From contig DF236966.1 in the NCBI GenBank assembly GCA_000708835.1, positions 62,001-126,000 on the forward strand: a stretch of DNA of 64,000 bases, given 5' to 3'. The position numbers and the translations under genes are program-made. Origin of the DNA: Klebsormidium nitens (lineage: Eukaryota; Plantae; Klebsormidiophyceae). The stretch's first letter is position 1, and the number at the start of each line of letters is the position of its first letter. Of this stretch, positions 24,523 to 37,602 are shown piece after piece. The notes under the pieces were generated by a model that had not been told where the DNA came from, made no database searches, and saw only the letters and a list, made by a program, of their open reading frames with translations.

Positions 24523-25671
24523 TACATCCCTGGCTTACATCTACAAATGGCGGCACCGTCCTACCGTCAACCAGCCTCCATCGTCAAGTCCATACTCGTG
24601 ATCAGCAGATCCACATGCATGACCGTTCACATGCTCAGCAGTCCTGACTTATGCCATGCTGTTCGTCCAGATGCAACGGATTCCAGTGCTCGCCGGCCGG
24701 TTGGAGCCTGTTCAAAGCAAGGCCAAGACTTTCTTGCGACAAAAAGTGAGCGGCCGCGTCGGTCCGGACGAGCGGCCGCGCTCCGACAAAGACGGGGTTA
24801 ATCTTTGACGTCTTCACAGCTGCCGCAACGTCTGGTGCCGCCGCTCGCATCTTGGCTCGTTTCCAAGCACGACCTAGATGCACATCATATCCAAACCTTT
24901 GTAATCCCAAGACCAAGCGCCCAAGTTGAAAGACTAACGTCTGTGCAGTCTCTCAGGAGGAGTCTAGCGCGCTTCACAGCATAAATGACAAGAGAATCAT
25001 GAATGTAAGCTGCTAGTCCGCCCGCAGAGTTTTCGATCCATCTTCACACGACAGGTGAAATCATAAAGTTCAGCAGGCGACTGCACCGCTGAATGAAGAT
25101 TGACTCAAGGCAACTGGAACTTCGGAGATTAGACTTGTCTACTGTCAAGGCACACCAGCGGAAGCAGAATGGGTTGTTAGTCCTCCTGGCTGCTAGGTAT
25201 GTTTTTCATGAGAATCTTCCATCCCTTCAGCTCCTCCAGTCCAGCCTTTACGAACTCTTCTGGCTAAGTGTGATTGCCTGAAGAAATTTTTGGTCGACAT
25301 CCAGCCACTGGTCCGGGCCAGATTCACCTGTCCAACTCTGATCGATTGTAGAATTGTTCGAACGAGCGGTGCAACCACTAGAAGGAGTCATGCAACTCCA
25401 TTCTATTTCCAGCATGGATGACTCTCTACTTCACACATTCGTCTGACTTTTCACACCGCAATGTGAACATAAGATTTCCTATCACAGATATTAGGTGTAC
25501 GGCATCTATTCTCTTTGATTCAGAATCATGAAAAGGTCCACTTCAACCTTTGCGAAATGGCTGATGAAGCTTTACTTGTTTGCAGGTCCTTCGTAGCTGC
25601 TGGTTATTCTCGTGCGAAGTGGGAAAAGGGATATGGATTTGAAGAGCTCTCAGTATACAAACATCTCGACA

Positions 25672-28187
25672 ATGGCGGACGCAGAATTTCCCCTTATGTC
25701 GAATGAGAAGGATTCACACGTCTTTGTGGACACCGACAGATTTGGCATTCAGCGAGTCAGTGACCGGTTTTCGCTCAGTGACTCTGTTTTAGAGCTTCCT
25801 CCGGTTGACGAGAGATGCTTGGAGCATCTGAGAAAGGCTGGAATAATTGCTAGGCCCACCATAATGGTAAGACTCAGCAACCTGCTCAGCATTCTCTTTG
25901 CATGTACCGAAGAAGAGGGAGCTCGAGATGCTTTGTTGCAAAAGCTTTACATCGTGCAAGCTCCTTGCGTAGACAACCTATGCTTGAAGTCTTTCAATGG
26001 ATGCTTGTACCAGGAAACTATACATCCTTCGTCCATCTCATTGCCATGAATACGTGTTTGCAGTATGACGAATCATCACCCGCCACGGCCCTCACAGCAT
26101 TTGGTGGAACAGCTCTCAAGACGGTTCTGATGCGTCCAGAATTTTGGTGCGTTATGCTGCTGCATATCGTGCTCAGCTACCTCTACTACGATGTGTGGCA
26201 CAACCCTGTCGTGGAAGCTGGCTCGACTGGGAGCAAGCAGTCGTGGCCTTTCCTGGCGGCTGCAACCCTCAGTGAGCATTTTCTTCCTTGTATATTGATA
26301 TATCCTGAGCCTTAATAAGAATACAGGTAGATCTGGGGAACCGTATTGTTTGCTCAACTTTACATCTTCCAGACTGTCATCGTGCTTCACAAAGAAGCAA
26401 AGTACCCAGGAAGCAACACAATGTTCTTTTCAAGCACTTTGAAGCTGTATTCGCATGAGTTGATTGGTCTTGATCCACACAACTTCTCTGCCTCTGTTTC
26501 CATGTCTCTGTTGTTTTCTCTCCTCTCAGCCATTCCCGGCAGCATGCTCGTCTTCTTCCTGGTCTTCCATACAAGTCAAGCTTACACGAGGTTCTTCACG
26601 CAGTATCTCGCCTACAGAAGTGCCGAGGTAAGCTGAATGCCCTTAGCTCATATTCTACTTTATTCCTTCCTCACACATTCTTAATTTCCACAATTGAAAC
26701 ACATCATCAATCATAGAAGGTGTTACCACATTCCAAGCAGTCTCCAAAAACGATCCAGGAAGAAGCGAACGTTGAATTCGTAAACCCGCTTCCGCGCTTC
26801 GTCAGCTCCATCAAACTAGAAGTGATTGAGGAGCCTCTGTTGTTCCTAGAACTGTAGATTGAGAATTCCATCATCTCTGTACAGGCTCGGACCTGTCGTA
26901 TCTGTTCTGAGCTCCGGACCTTCTTTCCGGACAAAGCTTTCCCCGAGGCCCGTTTGGAGCGCGTCACAATTGCCCGGTGGATGATTGGCATCATGTATAT
27001 GGGTCTAGCAACCCTTCCTGAGTACCAGGACAACGGCGTCTTGGACTGGGCATGGCGTCAGGTGGTTGACTTTCAGGTCCTGACCGTCAGGGAGGCACAG
27101 ATGCTCAAGGCCCTTCCCAGAGGTGTGCCAAGAGAACTCAGGATAAACGGCGTGACCTTGCCTAGAAAGGAATCATTGATTTCAAACTGCTTATCTTGGA
27201 ATTCTACGAGTACATTGAGGGGAACTCAGGAAAACCACAATACCTTTATCTCATGAAACCTTGACAATGTCAAGATCTCCCCTTTCTTTGCCTTCTGGGA
27301 ATGGCGTCTTACGTCGCACATCTGCGCAGACATCACTGAGTTCTTTGGTGCTTGACCTGCGTCTCGTTTCTTTCAGACCAACAGGTGGCAAGTGAGATCA
27401 CATCCTGGGTCTCGCAAGAACTCTACGGCCAAGTCGAAGCAGGACACCTCCAGTTGGGGATCTACAGTTGGCTTATTGATCAGCTCTACGAAGTGAGTCA
27501 CTTCTTCTGAAAATCTTTGTTGCCTGTGTCCTCTACATACCCATCAAGTTTTCCATGTCACAAGCAAGGATCAAAGACTTTTCGAAAGTCGAAATTGCAT
27601 TCCAACTGCTGAGTCTGCATGGAACCCCCTGGATCTTCAGCAGACAGAGAAAAGTCTGTACCCTGCTGCTGCATGTCGGCCATCACCCCCCAACTTAAGA
27701 ATCAGCCGGTTAACAGCAGATAAAGTTTTAGCACGCACTAACATGTGTCATAACAAACAACGGTTCGTCGATATGGTAAACGAAGCACCGATTCCATCTA
27801 AAAATCTCTTGATTCTACGTTCATCAACGGAAAGTCACAGCAAGTCGACAACCGGCGCATGGCATGTGGGCATAACAGACTGCTGTTTTACCTCTTCTTG
27901 AGATGCGGACCGATGCAGAAAGCATGTCTCATTACGAAATCGTTTTCTGCCTGCAGGTCGGCACTCAGCTGGCTGTGCTCCGGAGCCATGTCCTGATGCC
28001 GGTGCCGTTCGCGTTCTTCCACCTGCAGAACTTCATTCTGATCATCTACCTGTTGCTCCTGGCGTACACGTACACCATGTTCGCCCGCTACTGGTCCATC
28101 CTCGCCATGTTCCTCACCTGCCTCTCGCTCCTCGGCCTGCGCGAGCTCGCGTGCGCGCTCTCCGACCCCTTCGGCAACGACGACACG
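25672..28187 (+). CDS. Bestrophin-family (RFP-TM/UPF0187-like) anion channel; exons 25672-25866, 26064-26271, 26530-26627, 26885-27122, 27377-27492, 27957-28187; terminal exon not found
   Basis: Phase-consistent exons: MLVFFLVFHTSQAYTRF, ERVTIARW, MPVPFAFFHL...LGLRELACALSDPFGNDDT (bestrophin PFGxD motif); several hydrophobic helices. An alternative in-frame ATG lies at 25633. Confidence 0.8.
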
Positions 28188-28440
28188 GTACGTGCCCTGA
28201 CATCCTGCCCTCATGTGCTCCTTTGGCACCGCCGCCGTTGTAGCTTTATACGATCGTTAGTCTCCTGACTGCGCTTCGGCGTCGATCTCGAAACCTAGCC
28301 TTATTTTTGCAACTCTAACGTTTGCCCATTTTTGAGAAGAGTTGTCGAGGCTCGAGAACTATCAAGGCGGTAGCTCAGCTAACTAAGCTCCAAACAACTA
28401 AAACGACGTCATCTAACGTCAGCTTGAGGGCCCGCCGTCC

Positions 28441-31400
28441 TCACCTGCGCTCCTTCCGCCGCTGTTTGTCCTCCTCCCGCTTTTCGGCGTCCTTCCTCCT
28501 CTGCTCCAGAGCAAAGATGGTCGCCCTTTCGGGGTCCTGGCCCGACACGCGCAGTGCCCGCCGCGACTCCGCCAATGAGAAACCCATGCCGGTTAGCTTC
28601 ACCAGGGACTCGTCCGATACTTGTAGCTGCGGAATAAGCGAGCTCCAAGTTACGTCTAGAAACTGACTTCTCCAGGGTAAATTCTGGAGTGTGGATGTAT
28701 AGGGTCACCACGTTAACCAAGGGCCTCATTCGACTTTTTGCAGCTGCAGAAACCAGAGGTCGAGTGAGGGGGTCCTATCTCCGTAATATTGGCATTGGGG
28801 AAAGTTCAGACTAAGGACTCTCTGGTCAGATTAATTGTGCCAACTTGCTGCAAGCAGGGACTTGACACTGTGTAGAAGAAAACATTCGAACAGAGTTGCA
28901 TCACTAAGAACAAGAATGTCATTTCTTGACACATGCTAAACGATAGCCAAGCAGAAGGATCACTTGCTTTCTTAGACAGCAAGACGAAGATAATTTCCGG
29001 ACCTGCTTATACTTCCCCTCCGCTGACTGCAGTGCCTGCTTCGCTGCCACTGGCTGACCGCTGTGAAAAGCCACCACTCCCTCCAGCGTCTCTAGTCTCA
29101 CATACCTGTGAGGAAAGCGTGCCGCGTCACATTCTTGGCCGAGTGATTTCCCACGGCGATATATGACGTGAGCACCGGGTAAAGCAGCACCGAACGATCG
29201 GCATTCAAGCCACTTTTCCCGATGGTAGTGTTTGTAACCCAACGGACTAGTCAAGTGGCCACAAGCGTACCACAGTTGAAATGCTTCGGAAAAGGATATG
29301 CAATTTATCGACAATCCACAGCGAGCTTGGTGGGCCATGTTCCTGCCGCATCCGCCAGCCCTAGGAACGCAGTTCCGTCGCCATTTTGGAAAAACTTGCT
29401 AGAACACTAGACTTCTAGACAACAAGACCACCCAAAATCAAGAAGCCTCGAATCATTACAAACCTTGGAAAGCGGGACCTGGGAAAAGGCTCAGCCTGAG
29501 GCTACTCACGGGGCAAGCCCGATGCAAAGCCCTCCCTGCACTATCCGCAACCGTCCCATTGCTTTTTGACGGAATCACCGCTTCGTCAAACGCTCAGAAA
29601 CCCTCAACTTGAACCGTTCAAACCCTGAGTTTTTCCGAATAACATGCCTCACAACGTCTCTGCTTGATCAGACGCCCACGTTTTACCTTTGGATGAATCC
29701 ACCGTTGGAGCCCTGAAATTCGGAGGAAAAATACAAATCTCGACCGACTCACAGCGCGAGCTCGGGGCAAAAGCCGCCCTGCAGCATCCGCAGCCGTTCC
29801 AGGTGCGCCCCATGCGCTTTGCGGAGCCCAGCGCGCGCGTTCGTGAGCCGCTCGCGCGCAACAGCCAGGCGCGCCACGTCTTTCAGCATGTACAGGCACC
29901 ACACGGTGTCGATCTGGAGGAGCGACACGTTGTCCACCGCCTGGAAAGCAATCGGACGATTGTTTGGGTATTTTTAGGCATCTAAATTCAGAGTGTTCTC
30001 AAAGTGCGGAGCTCTCTTGTCAGGAGAGAATGCGGGCTGAATCGGTATGGATTGAGTGGATTTAGGGAGTACTTGGTTCTTCTGCTTTTTCATCTGGGAA
30101 AAGGAGCGAGATCTTGATCTGAATCTAAGCTTTGTCTTACGCTTCGAATTGTAGCACTATCTTCGGTTTGAGGGGATCCAGAATCTTCTTGGGGTCGCAA
30201 AGAGCGACTTCTCTCACTGGCCCCCTCGAGGCCTTTACTTGAATCCCAGGAGAGACGGGGCCCCAAGTGGACTCAGAGAAAGGCTGGCTGTAGTGCTCCT
30301 GAGCGGGAAAAGGGGCCCGCGGGTCTAGAAATCGACAGGCGTCAACATCGGCGAATTGCAGATGACCTTCCGTCAAACGCCCTTCGCGTTGAAGAGCTAG
30401 AGAAAGCAGGATCAGAACGACCACGGGACGAAGAAAGCAGGGATGGGATGAGGTAACGAAGGACAACCGGCTTACCTCGAGGTGCACCTTGTTGCAGAGA
30501 GCGAACGCTTCCTGCATCCATTGGCCGGCAGGTTCAAAGACGGGACCACAGCACGCAATTACTGCAGAAACGGCACAACGTGCGGCTCCAGGCGGCAATG
30601 ATTGCTATTTCGTCAGGCAGTCGAAGGGTGACCGCTTATGGAGAAATGAGCGAGCCGCAGTTGCATTCGGAGGAGCGTTCTCGTCAAGCTGTCCGCGGAA
30701 TGCCGGGCTGCTCAACCTGTTCCCAGCGGATCAACATGTTTTAACGGCTTCCCGCGTGCAAATTTATACCGTTTGTCTCCTATCCTGAGAAGCAGTCGGT
30801 TCGTACCTCTGCCAGTTCGAGCACTTCAAGCGCATCCTTGTACTCTTCCCGCTCCATCAACTTGCCCGCCTTTGCATGGAGCGCCAGCCCCATGACCAGA
30901 GCTCTAGAAGAGAAAGGGATGGGAAATAAGAACCAAAAGGTATGGAGAATGTCTTTGTTTCAAATCAAGGTTTCATATGGAAGACAGCGGACAGGGAGGA
31001 CTGCCTTACGGAGTGACCCCAGAGGCGGGAGAGCGTTGGGAATACATCTCCATTTCAATATGTCGACTGTGAATTGGACGAGGAAGGGCAGGCGAGGGTC
31101 AAGGAGACCAACAAGGGACTCTCTTTCCTTCTTGAGAAAGCCTACGTGGAAACGAAGAGGACTGGCTTGCCCAGGCAAGAGATGTAAGGAATACATTTGA
31201 AACTTTTTGATTATTATGCCCCTCACACACGCTTTCAAGCAAGATATGACCGGACAGCACGCAATAAAGCGTTCTCCATGGGGAATGGCTAGGCTTTCCA
31301 CAGGCGGGTTGGATAAGCTCCAGGCCTGTTTGAGAGTCGACCAGAAAAGGGTTGTCTTGCAGTGTAGAAATGAGCTAGACCTGAGTGTCCATTTCAACAC

Positions 31401-32853
31401 CAGAATGCCAAAAAAAGTTACTGGCAAGGCCTTGCTGAAGCATATGACGGGCCATACCCATGCAGGTCCCCTATAAATAATTTGGCAAATTAATTGGCCC
31501 AGAACAATCAAAAATGTTCAGTGGCTTTGCTTCAAGGTTTCCAGGTTTTTAGTAGCTGCTCTGAAGGGATTAACACCAAACTGAACAAACACATTGAGCC
31601 TGGGTCCATATTTCATTTCCTCCAACTGACCTTCTGTCCTCATCAGAGAATTGAAGGCGCTGCCCCTCCTGGTTTTCCAACTGCAGCTCGTATCCATCAC
31701 TGGGAAACAGGTCCCCTCCACTCCTGCGAGCCATAGCGTCTGCGGCGGATCTGCAGCAAGAACTTCTTCCATCAGATTTGTGTTTTCTGGATTCTGAGTT
31801 TGTCCTCATCCTGGCTGAGGTACTTGAAGCATCGTCTGGAGAGAAACAGAAGATGAATTAAGGTCGGATGAGAAGATTGCATCAGACATGGAGGAGCCAT
31901 GCAGGACAGTGGAAGAGGTCAGGAAAACGGACGGCCAGTGTCCAAGGATTTGCGTGCAAGCAATGAGGGGGAGGAAAGTGAGGATATTGAACGAGGCCTC
32001 TTCCTCAAGTTTCAAGGGTCATGACCAATCTAGACTTCTGAAGCTTTGGATAACCTCTATTTGGAGCATTCCAGGAATATGAACACACTGCTGTCTTGTG
32101 AATTCAGTTCTGTCCAACTTATATTCCAACAAGGTCTGCAACAATGACACCAAGACACTTATTGTCCTGAACAAAATTGCAAATCCAGGGGGTTTGTAAG
32201 GGCCCAAGGAGTTGCTTGAACACCTGATGTTTGCTGGCTTAGCTGTTGTTTTGTCTGAATGTCTGAGTGTCAAATAGTGGGATCTTAGAGCCTCTGGAGT
32301 CAGACCAGATAGCACAGTTTATCATGCCCCTTCACATTCATCAACATTGACATCATTTTGCACATTTGTTTCAAAGTGAGCCAGCCGTCAGGCCTTATCT
32401 GGTGACACCACCACCATAGAACTCACTGACAGGCCCTCAGAGCTTCAGCATTCAAGCAGCAATGATTAGCAATTGTACAAGCCCTCAATAAAAAGTTCAC
32501 TTGAACAACACCTACTTCAATCGCGCCAGCCGCTGGGTCCGCTCCTCCATCAACCTGGCATTCTCCGCTTCCGCTGCCATATCCTGAACCTGAGCAGCAG
32601 ACACCTTGGTCACCAGCAGCTTCGACTTCTCCGTCACGCCTATTTGCGACAGTACTTTGTCCCCCCCATCATCTTTGAGCATCCTGCCCCCGCAGATGAG
32701 CTTCATTCCGTCCTCATCAAATCCGGACGCTTCCGCAACTTTCTTTCTCAATTCTGACAGTCGGCATGTGCTGAGCTGAACTGTGACTTCTCCAGACCAG
32801 GAACCAGCAACGCGGAGAGACACGGACGCCTCAGAAGCGGAGGAAGCCGCCAT
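28441..32853 (-). CDS. NUB1: NUB1 (NEDD8 ultimate buster 1)-like; exons 32853-32516, 31750-31631, 30903-30807, 30511-30476, 29940-29753, 29105-29003, 28626-28445; C-terminal UBA exons not found
   Basis: N-terminal ubiquitin-like domain (MKLICGGRMLKD), YELQLENQ, ALVMGLALHAK, AEEAFALC, VDNVSLLQIDTVWC, LYVRLETLEGVVAFH, first UBA (LTGMGFSLAESRRALR); all junctions in phase. Confidence 0.88.
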
Positions 32854-34357
32854 GGCTTTGACTTCTTGAAGCAAATGCGAAGGGCCAGGCTTGAGCCTGA
32901 GGAGGCACCGCCGGCGCTAGCCTATGTAGGAGGCTGCCAGAAAGCTGGGCGGCGACCACGATAGGAACAAACTTACTGCATTGTCGCCAGATGTCACTGA
33001 GGTTTTCTACATGGTCAAAGCGAACCGGTTCCTAAACCAAGGGGACTCTGATCGGACGGCTGCGAATCCCTCAAAACCTCCCGCTGACCGCATCGCGCTG
33101 GAAAGGAAAGCTGTGCGCGAGCATGCTGCGAAGTCACCCTCGATCTTGTCTCGAGTCTGGACAGTTGTGGAATATAAGCTTCAGTACTGGGTCAGCAGCT
33201 GTTCCAGAGAGGAGCTGCTGCAGAGCTTGCTGTATCAGCTGTATGGTCACGGTGCACACTACCTACCTCCCTACATGATCATGCTAACTCACTGCTGTAG
33301 GTATGTCACACAACCGCGAGACAGGGGTAAGTAGCTACCTGTTGTAGTGGTGCTAAATATTGGGTGTGACTCTCTACTTGAAGTTTGGTCATTTGGCTAG
33401 AACCTGGACATACCCACCTGGCGCCCCCAAGGCGCTGCCGCCGCCAGCATCTCCACAAAAGCAGCTGCGTCAGGACCAAGGTAGCTAGCGCTTCTGCCTG
33501 AAGAACATCTGAATCCATCGGAGCAGCTCAAGAAGCTGGCCGAAGAGCTTTCCTGTTCTTGGTAAACAAAGAATCAGCCTGCAAAAAGAGGGAATACATG
33601 GTCGCGGTAAAGTGAGAAGTGTCCAAAACAAAGGCACGACACAACAAGCGAGTTGCTGGCACAGTTTGGAGGGATTGATAGGAGCTGGACAGAGAACCGA
33701 TGATCCGAGGTGCAATTACCAACGCCCTTACAATTAGTCTGCATGGCACAGAGTGCATGCTGAGGAACAACTCCTAGAGCAAACAAGTTTCAGGGAAAGA
33801 TGGGAATCATAGGAAGCCTGCGCATTTTGCTGTTGTTAGCAGTGTGTGTAGGTGTGGTGCAGCTAGGGCGCCAGACAGGGGCCTTCTTGGCTGGCGAACA
33901 GGAGGGTGAGCAAGCATAAAAAGTACTACTGAAGAATAATACCAATCTCTTAATAATCCGTTGTGAAGCTGCTTCTGTGCTTAACAAGGTCTGTCGAAGA
34001 TGTTTGTATGCTGTGCAATAGTGCATGTAGATTACCAGATTCTGATCGCAGGTTATGTCTGGTGCAATTCTTAGAAGGATGCAAGCTTATACTTTGATCA
34101 GGGAGTTCTGGAGCCAAGCACTCAGATGGGTAAATGCAGATCCGAGCAAGCAAAAGTACGAGTAGGAGGACAGAGAATCCAAGTAACCGGCTGTTGCCAC
34201 AAGAAGCAAGGAACAAAAGAAGTTGTGCCTGTCATGCCGGTCACTTCCAATCAAAAGTCGAAGGATTCGTCTGAACTTTGGATTAAGTGATGCTGTCATG
34301 AATTTGTTTTTGCTTTTTCCACATCAAATCCAGAGCCTTCCCCCCTTTGCCATGCAG

Positions 34358-37300
34358 GGACAGTCGAAACCGTCATCCCCCAGCCGATAGATATAGCTGA
34401 GCACATGACGGCACCTCTGTCAACTTCCAGGAAAGATAGTTCCCTAACCCGAAGCCTAAGGGTGCCAGAAGATACTAGCAAATTGAGTTCTACTTTGGGT
34501 CAAGTGGCCCAAACAGTCGGTTCTACGTTTGGGTGGCGGACCTCCCCTCACAGCTCACCAGTCACTCCCCGGAAGCTCAATATCCCCGCCGGCAGCGTCA
34601 GGCACTTCGACCGAGTGGCGGCTCTGCACAGGGCCGCCAGCGCTCGGGATGACGTCACTCCGGGCGCTGCTGACGTCACCCTGGGCGACGTGGTGACCAA
34701 GCTGCTGAACCCGGGCGCACGTCTTGGAGACGATTCTGCTGGGGCGAGCACAACCAGCGAGAAACCCCGGCGCTCTCTGGCTCAGACTCCCCCGGTTCCG
34801 GACGGGCTCGGACTGTCCGTTCGGGTGGTATCCGTTTTGAACGTTCGATCGGGACAGCTAGGCAGCGTGACAGTGGAGTTGGTAGACGAAAATGGGATAG
34901 TGGTTCAGCAGGCAGAGGGATTGGAACTAGACTGGGGGGGCTCCTTTCTTCTGGGGCCAACGGGTGGGAAAGTCGTCCTAGGGCGGGGCCTGGAGATTAG
35001 GGCGCTGCAGAAAGGAGTCGCGGTGGTCACATCAGTCTTGCAGGAGGTAAGCTTATGACTTGGTTCCTTTATCAATGGAGGGGCATCAGAGTTGACGTAG
35101 TGGCTGGCACGCTGGGTGGCACGCTGGGAAAATGATCGGGCATTGCAGATGTTGCATCTGAGAACATAATGTAACTAAGAGCAACTTTGAAAGTTCGAGG
35201 AGACACGAAACATGATCAACGTTTGAACCACGTTACAAGCAGACCAGGCGCAGTCTGCTTGCTAGCCAGAAGCGCCCGCTCCCTCTGAAACGGGACATGA
35301 ACAAGTAATGTGCTTCGACACAATTACCAGGCAAAGGTTTCGTAAAGAGGCACAGCAACATCTGGAAACATCAAAGAGAAACTCAATCCCGTGGAAGTGG
35401 GCTTCTCAGCACTCTGCGAAACACTTGCAACTCTGAGAACCCGGTTTTGAGCGTGGTTCGAACTTCTATCAGTTCCGACTCCTGACACGGTCTCTTGCTC
35501 GGGTGCAGGTGGGAGACTACACCCTGCAACTGGTGCTCAATAACCAGGCAGCGGCTTCTATCCCAGTTACAGTTTTCCCCAAACCGGTACAAAGCAACAG
35601 CATCAAAACCGCAGCTTCTGTCGCCGCTCAAAGCAGCCAAACAAGCACCCGAGACACGGTGACCGCGCCAAAACCCAAAACTTGGGCGACCATAAGCGAG
35701 AAGGGTAACGATTTTCCGGGGTGGCCTTGGCTTGTTGGAGGAGTCTCTTTCTTCCTCGTTGCTTCTGCCATCGGGGTTGCCATTTTCGCTGTACATCTGC
35801 AGAGGAAACACACACAACAAGCACGGGGAGAACGTACAGCGGATTTGCAGGCAGGCGGGGCGGAAGCAGGGGCGAACGAGAGCGAGGGGGTTTCTAAGGC
35901 TGTCCCGGACAGTTTGGAGAATTCGGGGGAGATAACCGGGCCCCAGGCGTTTCTGTGGGCGGTGCAGGAAACCGGGGGTCCGGGTTTGGACCAAATCGGC
36001 CAGAAAACGGGAGGGGTAAGGCGGAACCGGACAACGGGGAAGAACTCCCCGAGACTGCTGTCGATGGCCGTCCAGAAATTGCGGGAGAAGAACCTGGAAG
36101 CGGCGAAGAAGGGTAGCAAACAAAGCGGAGAGGATGGCAGAACGGAGGTGTTTGTCGAGGGCAAGAATCAAGCAGGGGACGCAACCAGGGAGATGAACAG
36201 AACAAGGGAAGACCCGGTTGAAGGTGAACCGAGAAAGGAAGGCCGGCCGGTGAAACACGAAGCCGAAGAGACGGAAGTTGTAAAAGGGGCTGTCACGGAA
36301 GGTGCAGATACGTCTACCGTTCGGAACGGCGCCACTCTGAGAACAGAGAAAGAAGACGACACCTCGGACGGGACCAAAACCGTCAGGGATTCGGAAAACA
36401 ATGAGGGAGAAAATCAGGTGGCTGGACGGAGAAGAGAAAGCAACTTGCCGGTTCTTTCTGGTGACGAAGCCGCCAGCGTTCCTTCCCCGCAGGGGGGCCA
36501 TGGCAGCGCTCTATGGTCCCCCCTGACGTTCAGCGTTCCGAGCGCCTTCGCGGAAAGGCCCCCATCTCGGAAGCGGCGCTCCCTGAAGGGGGATCCCCCA
36601 AAATCTCGAACTCCCAAGTCCCGGAAAGCAAGCATCTTCGCTCCCAAAAAAGCAAACGAGCCGAAACGGACCAAGCAGACGGATAGAGAGCTTTGGTCGC
36701 CTGTGCGCTTCGTGTCTCCACCAATCGCAAAACCGGGCAAGATCAGAAGAACCGAGGGCGCGGAAACGGGCGAAAAGGGGAAGTTTCCGCCGGAAACGGA
36801 AACGCGGAGAGCCCTTACGTTCCGACCAACGCCCCTGGATATCCCGGGGGCGACCGGGCCCCTCAAGCAGAGCGCGCTGTGGTCGCCGGTGAAGACGTTT
36901 GGCACCGCTCAACCGGTTGACGTGCTTAACGTTTCTGAGAACCGGGCAGTAGCCAGGGGTCCGGGGGTTGCTGTACTGGCAGGGGGAAAGGAGAATGCGC
37001 TCGGGGCGAGAAAGCTTCAGCCGACTCGATTTAAGAGCGCAGCAAAGGAGACCATCCCTTTGAGTAAGGAAATATCTGTCAAAGCAGAAGAGAAGGAAGA
37101 ACATTTGACGGAGGGGGCGAGCGACTTGGCGACACCTTCGGGGAGTGGCCCCTCTCTCTGGTCGCCGACTTTCAACGAACTGATGGAAACGGAGGCGACT
37201 CCCGAGGCAATGGCGGCCAAGTCAGATTCCGGCGGCCCCGTGAAGGAGCTCGAGCAAGCGCCACGTGGCGTCAAAAGAATGGCCGGGCGGGCCACGCTGT

Positions 37301-37602
37301 CTTCGACTAGCGGGGCGGAGATCGCGGCGCTGCTGCAGGAACTAGAGCGGCGGACGGCCGGCCAGGCGGGGCCCTTGCATACGCTATCCCCGTACACGGC
37401 TTATGAGAAGCTGGTGGCGGAGGAGAGGAAGAAGAAGAGGAGCGATAACCGGGCGCGGTTTTTGTCCCTGGGGGGAGACGAGATGCTGGGCGCAGATGTC
37501 GTGAGTCCGTCGGAGTTGGACTCGCCGCAGGGGGTGACCATGAGCTATGACGTCGCGCAGGGGGACGACGACGTCACTCTCTCTGCGTTTGTCGAGGTCT
37601 GA
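34358..37602 (+). CDS. Unknown single-pass membrane protein with long low-complexity tail; exons 34358-35046 and 35509-37602; 5' end unresolved
   Basis: 2.1-kb open exon joined in phase 0 to the upstream ORF; hydrophobic segment WPWLVGGVSFFLVASAIGVAIFAV followed by RK; no recognised domain. Confidence 0.6.

Noticed and set aside
30180-30230. Intronic NUB1 segment reading EVALCDPKKILD as a mutually exclusive exon
   Set aside because: Only about 14 nt resemble the real exon, there is no convincing donor, and a stop follows.
35383-36501. 372-aa minus-strand ORF
   Set aside because: Antisense shadow of the long plus-strand exon; no motif.
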